From: Perkinsus olseni
Taxonomy: Eukaryota
Direction: 5' to 3'
Length of the DNA: 39,427 nt
Assembly: GCA_013115125.1 (NCBI GenBank)
Contig: JABANN010000323.1
Coordinates: 1 to 39,427 of the forward strand
This document shows, piece after piece, positions 26,708 to 36,347 of the stretch. Position numbers and translations under genes: made by a program. Under the pieces are notes generated by a model. That model had not been told where the DNA came from, made no database searches, and worked only from the letters and a program-made list of their open reading frames with translations. Numbering within the stretch: the first letter of the stretch is position 1; each line of letters starts with the position of its first letter.

Positions 26708-27163
26708 ATGGCTGCTATCGAAGATGCTGCGCCCAAGAAGAGGGGTCAGTACCAATCATATCCGAGTTCGACTCGGACGAAGGTCGTGCAAGCGGCGATG
26801 GAGGGGAATCCTTGGCGGGACGTCGCGCGTGCATTGGGCGTGAAAATGAGCACCGCGCGGAGTTGGGTGAAGTCAGGCAGGACAGCATGCTTGCCAAGAG
26901 GGGGCAAAGTTGTTGAGCCGAAGAGAAAGATTTCAGAGGAGTACGGAGACTTCATTTTTGAAGTGTTTAGAAGATCTCCGACAACCACCTTCGCTGAAGT
27001 GGGAAGGCTGTTGCGCCGTCGGTTTAGCCTTCAAATCGATCCGACTAATATTTCGAGATATATGAAAAAGGAGGAGAAATTCAAGGAGGTGGGTGGGATG
27101 GGCAGCTTGGGAACTGCAGTGTGTAACGAAAAATGGCACATGAAAAATCGTCCTCAAAAATGA
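26708..27163 (+). CDS. Tc1/IS630-transposase-like bipartite HTH DNA-binding domain; probably first exon of a spliced gene (possibly to ~28592)
   Basis: YPSSTRTKVVQAAMEGNPWRDVARALGVKMSTARSWVK...PRGG...KISEEYGDFIFEVFRRSPTTTFAEVGRLLRRRFSLQIDPTNISRYMK. A donor GAG|gtgggt lies at 27089. No DDE domain is seen downstream. Confidence 0.75.
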   Translation: MAAIEDAAPKKRGQYQSYPSSTRTKVVQAAMEGNPWRDVARALGVKMSTARSWVKSGRTACLPRGGKVVEPKRKISEEYGDFIFEVFRRSPTTTFAEVGRLLRRRFSLQIDPTNISRYMKKEEKFKEVGGMGSLGTAVCNEKWHMKNRPQK

Positions 27164-28986
27164 GGCCACTATGATAAATGTTATGATGAGGCCACTATGG
27201 CGCATGATAGCAGCAGCTGGGGCTCAGGCGTCACTCAGTAGTTCCTCACTGTTTTGATTGTTCGACCGTCGTCCGGTGTTATCCTCTCCGTTACGGACAG
27301 TGAGCGTGAAGCCTATCATTCCGAGGTGGGTCAAGAAGGCGGAGAACACTCTCGTTACCAAGCTCAGCAGTTCCAAAATTGGAAGGATTTCCGGCGCCTC
27401 ACAATTTTCGTATAGGACGAACTTCCGTTTCACTATATTATTATGAAGTATAATTTGTTCTCATCGGTTCAACTGTATAATAACAAGAGATGATCGATTC
27501 CTTCATAGCCAGGATAACGCTTGATTACGTGAGGTTACGTCATGATTCGTCCGACAAATCCTGCATAACAGATTAGGTTGTTGGTCAGATCCTCGAGCTA
27601 CGTCAGATGCGTCCAAGAGGAGGAGGATCCAGTCTGATGGCGAAGCCTACTGCATCGGTGAAACCGTCTAGTCTGAATTTACGGCTTGTCCTCGCTCAAT
27701 GTTTCATCCACAAATACTCGAGTCTCTCGAGGACGGACATACCCCCTCTCTCAGGAACCACGCCGGACTACTAGCGAGCTCCTCAGATCGGGCCCTATCC
27801 AATCCTGTGGGCGATTTGACCAATTACCTGTGATCTCGCGACGTCCGACAAGCAGCACTCTATTGCCGAGGATGCGGAAGAGCGGAAGATTATCGAAATG
27901 AAGCACCAAGGTAGAGCGAGATCGTTTAGGTTACATCGATCTTCGCGGGTGAGCACGAAAATATGAAATTAAATGAGCAATATCAATCGCTGGATCGTTC
28001 GGAACTCGCCGGTGGAATGAGGGCATGAGAGGGCGATCGCGAGGGCACTCGCGTCGCTCCCACTTCGAGCCTTCTTGAATTCTAGTGTGTCGGCAGTTTA
28101 GTCTGACCGGCGGGTGCTCGTTTTTGTGAAACCGGTGAGCTCAACTTTCACCGATGTGCTTATTTCATGCGGGTGGCATCAGCGTGGCGCTCCGGTATCG
28201 TGGGAGTATTTTTTTAACCTCGAGTAGTTTGGAGACTGAGCAGAAGAAGAGTTAGAAGTGGGTTCAATCATCTTTGTGATCTCTACCTTCGTCTTCATTG
28301 TGGCCATCTCAGATGCAGATTTAGAAATTTCATGAAAAGGAGTTGCCGACAACCTCATCGCTACGTGAGAGCCGCATCTGTGTTTTGTGGTTCGACGCTT
28401 GAGAGTCAACGCATGCGATTTTCATTTCCGTCACTTCAGGACGGCCGTACCATGTACAATCGAGAACGAGAGGGTCCCTTCGTCGTAGCGACCGATTGCG
28501 TGGGCAGCCGGACGGCGGGAGCTGGAGCGGCTCAACAGTGGAATATTGCGAGCAACGTCTTGGAATTCGATCATTGCGCTGCTGTGGCATGATTTGCTTT
28601 TCTTGTGTGTCTTACTTTTCGCGAGTTTGGTTTTCTCAGAGGGCCACCGGCTCTTTTAATCAGGCATAGTTGACTGGGAACACTATATCATGGCCGAGAC
28701 TTTACACGTGTGTATCATGCACGGATCAATAATGCCCAGGACCTATGTTATGATATCATAGCTCTAGTGTATTATTTAGACCACTAAACCATAGATATAT
28801 CAGTCACGTCTCGTTCGGATTCTGCTATAGCCGCGATAGGCTATCGTCGATAGCAATCACCACTGGTTGCTGCCGATCATTTAGTGATCAGACGATTGGA
28901 TGATCGTGATATTCTGTGTCGTCGGGGTTATCCGGAGTGGTACTAGCTAGCCCTGTGCTAGTGAGTGCCACTGAGGGTGCTCAGAA

Positions 28987-29058
28987 AGGTTCTATCGGGA
29001 TTCGAACCCGAGTCGCTGGATTCAAAGTCCAGAGTGCTAACCGCTACACTATAGAACC
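28987..29058 (-). tRNA. tRNA-Gln (anticodon UUG)
   Basis: GGTTCTATAGTGTAGCGGTTAGCACTCTGGACTTTGAATCCAGCGACTCGGGTTCGAATCCCGATAGAACCT forms a complete cloverleaf. Confidence 0.97.
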
Positions 29059-29287
29059 ACAAGATCATGTCGTTACTGGCCATACTCGTCTTCAGGATCT
29101 ATTCTTCGTGCGAACATTTCATGGACAGCAAGTCGGGCTTGCGGAGAATTAAATCTAGGAGCAGAAGGTAGTCGACGCGCACCCCAGAGATTCGAACACA
29201 ACGCCGCGCGGTGAAGAAAGAATTTGTGTTGAGCTGAAGCACTCGTGTAACGTGATTAAGGAGGCAGGTTCCACCGGTCCCCCACCA

Positions 29288-29328
29288 ACGGGTATGCATT
29301 ATCCAACTACGGGTATGCATTATCCAAC
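29288..29328. repeat. Perfect 20-nt tandem duplication (acgggtatgcattatccaac, 1-nt spacer)
   Basis: Directly visible. Confidence 0.85.
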
Positions 29329-29923
29329 ATGTAAGGTCACGGCACGCTTATCGAGCTGAAGCCTTATGCGCGTCGTGTGCAACGACGTAGAAGGACTCGG
29401 TTCTTCATCCAACCACCACCATCCCTGGATACGGCCATGCCAACCCAACAGTGACCCCCCTCACACGGCTGCGCGTTGCAGCCCGAAGTTGAGTTGTTCG
29501 AGCTACTGTATGAATAGCCGACTTTCACTATGGGTCTCAGTATCGCGACGACACCTCTGCCATAGTGAATATCAGCAACCTGCGATGCTGGCGAGGCCGA
29601 TGGCCACAGGCTTGCGGCAATTACGCACCACAAGCGCGTCTAACCGCAGGAGGCTGGTGCGGGTCGGCCGTGCTCGGCTAGTGATGTGTTCACTGCTGCG
29701 GAGACTTCGGAAACACTGCAACCTGGTCCAGTGCCATCTAGAGCATGGATGTTCGCGGGTCTCGGGTTTGGTGTTTTCCTTCCCGCACTCCCGTATTATT
29801 CTTCGGGATTTTACGTGGTAGCTCGTGACAGAGACAGCCTATCAATTCCACGACTCGTGGACCACGAGTTAAAATAGATGCATCTTCGCGCTTGTCCATG
29901 TTGTACTGTATCGAACAGAACGG

Positions 29924-31867
29924 CTACATGATGAGGCCGCGTTGAGGTCTCATCTCGGTCTTCTTCGCCTTAGCTCGAATTGAGCGATGCCACAAGCCCT
30001 GTTTAAATGCTTGCGTCAAGACTCCATATCGAAACGGCGATCTTCTCTTGGGCTCCAACGACGCAGCGGGACACTCTCGTCTGCTGATTCCGTGAGTTGA
30101 TCTCACTCGTGCTGATATCATAACCGGAATTTCAGGAGGACATTTTCGATGAGAGCCGGAAGCTGACGATGGGCTCCCCAGATGTAGCGGGTGGCGGCGA
30201 CAGCAGAGAGGCTTTGGTCAACATAGGTGTGCTAGAAGTCAAGTAGGCAAACCCTTCAGCGCTTGCGGTGAATGTAAATAGTGTGCACAGATCGAAGTCA
30301 TGGCCGCACGATTCGAAACTGCTGCTGCATGACCGTGGAGACTGCGTCTTTACCAGAGTGAGCCTTCGCCATACTAGCTCGACCAGGAAACTCTCTCAGC
30401 ATTTTCGTATCCGACCAAACCCAGGGCGGAAATTCTTCGTTACCCGCCTGAATTGTGAGATTAACATCATGTGCGAGGTTGCCAAGGTAAGCCCAACCAA
30501 TCATTGCGCGAGCTGGCCTGCGATTCGAGGGTCCCTCACAAAAGCTCTCAAATCGCTGCATTGGCGAGTTGTTAAGCCTAGCTTTCCTACGAATTCTGTA
30601 GAGTTATCTCCCAATCCCCACAAAATTGCTTTGCTTTCTCAGCGGAACCGTCTGATAATGAGTTCATGTGTTCTTCGCGAAATGGTCTTTATTGCCACGT
30701 GTATTTCACGAACTGATTTGACTTCATATCCATCGCGATTTCGCGCCTCACGCATTACGGGGTTCGTGTAGGATCCAGCTGGGGCCTGATCAATCTCAGG
30801 AATACCTGTTTGAGTTTTGGAAGGCCATCGGTCATCTGATGCATCCAGAGACCATCTACGTTGACAGAGTCCTGCTGGCTAAGCGTTTAGTAATCCCTAT
30901 GTGAAAAAAAACTTAGCCAGAGAGTCTCTGGCAGGTCCACGAGGTCATCAGTTCCACTGAGCCTTCGGAACCTGCACAGAATTTTGGTAACGAGACAAAG
31001 CTGTTGAAGCCATGAATCTCGTTCGTATTTCCTACCTAGCCCCGACACTACCCCACAGGTACCCTTGATGAGGCACTCGGCTCATTCGAAGGGCTTCCTG
31101 CGGAGGTCGGAATCGGGTTGCCACGCTCCGATCGCCACCAGGGTTGCCGTTTTACGTCTTCCCACCTTAGCGAATCTCGTGACGGGTTCCATCAAGGCAC
31201 AAAAGAGGAATTCTCATATCAGCAACTATTTATGAACTACATTCTTAGTTCATTCTCGTACATTCATCTCTGTATTTCGTGAGCTGTGCTCGACTCGCGG
31301 ATGTTCAGATACCGGACCACCCGTCGGCGGCCCCGCGCCTTCCGAGCCAACCTGCGGATTCGGTCGACAGTGAGACCCATTCGCCACACTATTTTCTCTA
31401 TAGCGGAAGCTTGCGAAACCTCGTCGTACATTCGCAGGCCTAAAACTCTCCGCAACGCCTGCAATCTGGTGAAGAGAATTCGTGTTGAAATTCGAGCTTC
31501 CTTCATCAAATCCCAAAATAAGAGAAAGTCGAGTATTTCAGTACGTGAAAACTCAAGTCCGGAGAAGAAAGGGTTCGGGTAGCACTATAAATAGCGTCAC
31601 CATTTTGTATGCTTTCACTGCAACAAACTCACCGTAGCGAACCGGTAAAGATCTCTCTGAAAGTTGACGAGGAAAACCATGTAGGCAAAACAGTCCGAAC
31701 CTCGGATGGTCGTGGTGGTATAATACCACTGGTATTGACTCATCAGGTGGTTTCTCCGAGAAGCAACCCGTTTTGAGTAAGCCGGAAGTGCTGTTCGAAA
31801 TATCGATCGAAAGAGGAAGGTCAGATTTATCATAAGTCGAACCTATCGGTATCCTGAGACGACGCAT
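29924..31867 (-). CDS. Hypothetical multi-exon protein
   Basis: Series of AG..GT-bounded coding-like blocks: DESIPVVLYHHDHPRFGLFCLHG..., RILFTRLQALRRVLGLRMYDE..., FRRLSGTDDLVDLPETLW, DSVNVDGLWMHQMTDGLPKLKQ, AGNEEFPPWVWSDTKMLREFP, and a final ...RPQRGLIM*. Confidence 0.5.
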
Positions 31868-31933
31868 TCAGTCATTCGATATATCATGCCGTGCTTTAGC
31901 GCGACTTCCTTTTGAAAGTTTTGAAAGAAAGTC

Positions 31934-31965
31934 GCGCGAAACTAGCGCGAAACTAGCGCGAAACT
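31934..31965. repeat. gcgcgaaacta x3 tandem in the short interval between divergent genes
   Basis: Directly visible. Confidence 0.8.
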
Positions 31966-32116
31966 CTCCATCACGGCGGAGTTTCGAACCGAAACTTTCC
32001 CGCTTTTCGGGGGAAAGTCCGCAATAATTGCGTCGAAATTAGTGGCGAAAATTCGAAGCTCAATCGTACTTCGCCTTCCGTCCTCCGTTTGAGGAGTCGA
32101 CAATGTTTGATCAACG

Positions 32117-34819
32117 ATGTTGATCATTTAGGTGGGCGACAGTACGGGTACGGTCTAGTACGGAGTACGGTACGGGTACGGGTACGAGTACGGCTCCGTA
32201 CCCGTACTACCCGTCGCAGCGGTTCCCAAGTACCGTACTAGTACGCCGTACTCGAAGTACGGCGTAATTTACTACACGTATGCGTTATTTAATATATTTA
32301 ATACGTACTAATTCTCCGTACCCGTACTAGGTTGTCAGTTTGAAGCGTACTCCGTACCGTACTTTCCTCGACCCCAGTACGGTTGCCCAGCTCTAGTTGA
32401 TCACTCCAAAGTGGGGATCTGTCTCTGAATCTAGGGTTGACCTAACACAAGATTCGACAAATGTTCACTCTCAAAGCGCTCGAAGGGATCCAGCGTTGCA
32501 CGTGTCTCGAAGATGAACGATTGCCTGATTGAAAGTACTGGCGACTTCTCAAAATCCTGACCCGAAAATCACAAGTGCGGTACTCCCTAATCGCAGTAGA
32601 AATTGTTCTATGTGTATACAGTCTGTCAATTATGCTGTACTCCGCGCGCTCTGTCCTCTGTCATGGTTACGAGCCTTCATACGCCTCACGTTCATAACGC
32701 CTGACAAAATTGAGTAGAATTTCACTTCCAAGAATACAATAGTAGACGTGTAAGAAATCTTTTTTCTCAAGGTATACGCTGTGCGCTGGGGCCGATGATA
32801 CATCTGGTTCGCCGTCGAATGAAGCACTGTGGCAAATAGTGGCTGGTGAGAAAGCGAAAGATTGTCTTGGCTCGATTGGGATGCTCTTCAGTTGACAAGG
32901 AGATGAAGCCACCGCGTAAGGGACTAATGTCCGCTACTATCGGCCGGGCTAGGTCGACCTTGAACCGGTGCGGGTATCTGAATCCAACCTAAAGACTTCA
33001 TGCTCTTTTCCCAGTCCATTACAGACGGTGCGCCGCAAGCTCCCTGGAGGTACCACTCCCTACATCTCAACGTATCTTGAGAAGGGTGACGTGCTCAGGT
33101 CAGCCATTCGATGCATCGCCAGATTGATCTCTCCACTGTTCTCAGATTCGGATCACTTCGTCTCATCATAGCCGATGTGGTGCTCGACTTCAGTGCTCAG
33201 CGGCGGACTGCACACTCCTCTCAGATGACTACTCTCAGCGTCTCCAGGAACCAGTCGGGTGAGCCATTTCGCCTGAGTGAGATCTTGCAACCTCTCTCTC
33301 CATAAATCGCATCACAACATGCTCGTCTTACACGCCTAGAGGCTCCCTTTTAGGCGATTGTTCCAATGATGCCTCCTCAGCAAGTCTCCGGGATCTCAGT
33401 GAGAGCGGCCACGGCACTTCGGTGAGAGAATGCAGTCCTCGCCGTTCACTGACTGCCACAGGTATGTCGTATTTGTTTCGACGAAGAGTCGCCCGATGAT
33501 CCCCTCTTGCGGCCCTGCGACTGTAGAGGCAGTGTGAAGTTCGTTCACAAGAACTGCCTCCAGTGAGCAGCGGCTTGGTTGCGAAGTTTGTAGTTTCCTT
33601 TCAGGCGATGGGTCGAAGGACAAATGAGAGTTCGGCAGCTCCATCACGGTGGAGGAGAGTACCTCTTGGTGCCGATGAAATGTGAAATATGCCAGCAACT
33701 CTATCATGACCATGCCTACTCCCCTGAGCTCCTCCCTCGGTATGTCGCACTCTTCCCTTCGGGAATAGAGGGCATTTTTACCGGCAATGGGAATTACTTG
33801 CCGTAGTGGCGGTCCAGCAAAAAAAGCCTTCTGACCAGAAGTTGTGGAAATCTTTTCAATGTTGTTTCCGCTGGAGAATAAGTAGGGCGGAAACGTCACT
33901 GGCAATACTTCCGAGAAACGAACCTCACGAGAGCGCACTCCTGAGGACCTCAGGGACATCTCGGCTGAGGTGTCCTAGGCTAGGACTCCTAGCCATCATG
34001 ATTCATAAAAGAGGGGAGTGAAAGACGTATAACGCAAACGTTCCGAGCATTAGAATGAAATGCAGCTTCTGCACCTCGGCACCACCTTCCGGCATACTCT
34101 CATTTTTTTGCAGACCGGTGTGTCCCCATGTAGTGCTTGAGGAAGAGCCAACCTACCACCGTGGGACCGGGCAGATGATAGGCCGGAAAGTGACCAAGGC
34201 ATCGGTTTCCGTCGTCTATGATCGTTTCACCATCAGATCCACATAGTGCCCTTCCCCAAGCCCAATTATGTCGCCACTGTAGGTCGATCTAAAGATTGTG
34301 ATGTACTTCTCACCGACATTGGAGTCAGCCGGTCTCACGCTGCTATGAAGTCGGTCAGGCATGAGCACGATGAACTTCTTGTCGCCATTTACTTGTTAGA
34401 TTCTCACAAAATCGGATACTCCTTGTGGACCGAGGGAGTAAATTCGGCACTCTGCGAAAGTTGAAAGACGACAAAGTGATCCCTAATGGACTCCGAATTT
34501 TATGGCGCGCGGTCGTATTCAGGTCGAGTTGCAAACAGGCCGCACCTTCGCGGTCCAGCACAGCTCCAGTATGCTTGAACTCTCTGTTTCTAAAGTACTC
34601 AAATACAGATTATTTCCCGAACGATATTTGCCCCCGGTAATCCGTCGAAGTGAAGAGACGAGAAGCATTGAGCCAGAAGGTCAGGTGCTGTCGTCTGAAG
34701 AGGCGGAGCAGTCCCGCTTGAGGGCGTGCTCTCCTGACAGCATCGACTCCGAGATCATGGACGATGCTGGAATACAGGCGCAGCTAGCACGGCTCTTCCC
34801 CGAGACGGGTGTTCGGTGA
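32117..34819 (+). CDS. FHA-domain plus RING-CH (RINGv) protein, probable E3 ubiquitin ligase; multi-exon, may splice on to ~35950
   Basis: ALWQIV and LEKGDVLRFGSLRLII; RINGv VCRICFDEESPDDPLLRPCDCRGSVKFVHKNCLQRWV...CEICQ; FHA VGRSKDCDVLLTDIGVSRSHA...LVDRGSKFGT. Start and end are uncertain. Confidence 0.85.
32127..32395. mobile_element. Non-autonomous hAT-like MITE (269 bp) with 8-bp TSD GTTGATCA
   Basis: TSD at 32119-32126 and 32396-32403. Imperfect TIRs tttaggtgggcgacagtac versus tagagctgggcaaccgtac (14/19). Many subterminal GTACGG/CCGTAC repeats surround an AT-rich core. Confidence 0.85.
33972..33993. repeat. 22-bp direct-inverted-direct scar (8-mer gtcctagc) in an intron
   Basis: gtcctag-gctaggac-tcctagc. 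An adjacent variant cctgagg-acctcagg...ctgaggt lies at ~33940-33971. Confidence 0.75.
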
Positions 34820-36286
34820 GCCCTCCACATTCACGAGGTATGAAGGTTATGCACTGAACAGGATGTATCGGTCGACTCTACCATCACACGCTGCGATAGA
34901 GCAGGCATGGCAGCCTCGTGCTCGGCAGAACGAGCAAGAAAACTACAGTCTTCGACTCATTCGAGGGGTGAGTGTGCGCTCATTATTTCGGAGAGAATAT
35001 ATACTAGATTGTGTGCCTCCAAAATTGCCTTAACTCGCACCTGGCGGGTTGAGATTCCAAGAAGGGATGCACGTGTGAGGGGATTTCGGAGGACCTGGAA
35101 CCCAGGGACTTCCCGCGAAATCGATAATAACGTGTTTTTATCGACATTTGGTGATGAGCATGATAATCAACGACAATGTATCGCCATGACCTTATATGTA
35201 CGCTCCGCCGGAAATTTTCGTCGAACCATGGTACGCTGGTTCATTTGAGTATGAAGTTGTGTTTCCGAAAACTTCAGGCAAAATTTGAATTCATTCAGTT
35301 GCCCACAACAAGATGGCCGGAAGATGTTGCTGAGCTCAATGCAGCTTCGTTCGTAGCTGGAACCGGTATTGTAGCCTACTCTCCATCACGTTTACTCCAG
35401 CGTCCTCGTTTTGCAGGCCATCGGACTGCCATGAATGCCATAGAGCGTGCGTTGGTGGCCCCTGCTGTTAGAAGGCTAAGCTACTCCCAGGTCATACATC
35501 GACCTTGTCCTATTGTACTGTGATAGACTTTCAGTTATTACCGGCGCGTGACGAAGTCAGAGCTCCGCGTCGAGCTCTCACTCTGCCACAAATCATCGGT
35601 CGACTACCCACCACTACCTCCAATTTCGTGCTGCCTCTGCAAGTAACCAGTCTCGGATGATTACTGTATTGCCGGGCCGAGTCAGATCAGTTTCTAGGCT
35701 CTTACTCCTCCGCCGTAAATTCTCGCTCTCCACGTAGACAAATAGTAGTTTGATTCTTATCAGCAGAGTGTGATCTCAGATGCCTGGCCTAGACTCAGAA
35801 GTGTCCCACGAGGCCCAAACCGCCCGAAACATTGCGGACTCTACTCTCGGCCGATATAGCGTGAGATCGGCACTACTACTCGTCTGTTTGCGGCTATTTA
35901 TAATCTCTGAGTTGGAAATGTTGGGCAGGCAAGACGACTCGAGGAAGTAATCTCGCCGATCTCGGACTACTTGAGTTCTTCCCAAGGCTCAGGGAGTCCA
36001 GATTGAACGTCGCATATGTGACCGTGGTGTTGATGCAGTTGTCCAATCACTAAGTTTCCGAGTTCAATATGGTGGAGAGCTTCCACCGGAGACCTCCTCT
36101 ATGATAGAGGCTCTATCAGACCAAGAGTGGTTCAATGTCGAAATCGTGACGCAAATTAGCATTTTTGAGTCTACTAGCGCGTGTCGGCACGCCGGCGAGC
36201 GGAGACAGTGTGAAGAAGAGATTTCTGATAGTGTCAAGAAACGGTCGCGCGAAAATTTGTGAAACGCCCTTGTCCAGAAGAAGCTC

Positions 36287-36347
36287 TTCCACGGCCGAGA
36301 ATTGAACTCGGGTCTCCTGCGGGGCAGCGCGGGATTCTGACCCACTA
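36287..36347 (-). pseudogene. 5'-truncated tRNA gene (GCC in anticodon position, Gly-like), interrupted in the A-box/D-arm
   Basis: The minus strand reads TAGTGGGTCAGAATCCCGCGCTGCCCCGCAGGAGACCCGAGTTCAATTCTCGGCCGTGGAA, with a perfect T-arm CCGAG/CTCGG and a 3' acceptor strand CCGTGGA. The matching 5' strand (TCCACGG) is absent and the anticodon stem is imperfect. Confidence 0.8.

Noticed and set aside
29170-29260. GTTCGAATC B-box-like motif on the minus strand upstream of tRNA-Gln
   Set aside because: Flanking stems do not pair and no A-box or cloverleaf could be built.
30390-30450. EEFPPWVW motif as mitochondrial ribosomal protein mL54
   Set aside because: Only a short motif matches, and the surrounding exons do not resemble that family.
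32141-32385. GTACGG repeats as a CRISPR-like or satellite array
   Set aside because: No repeat-spacer periodicity; explained as subterminal repeats of the MITE with TIRs and TSD.
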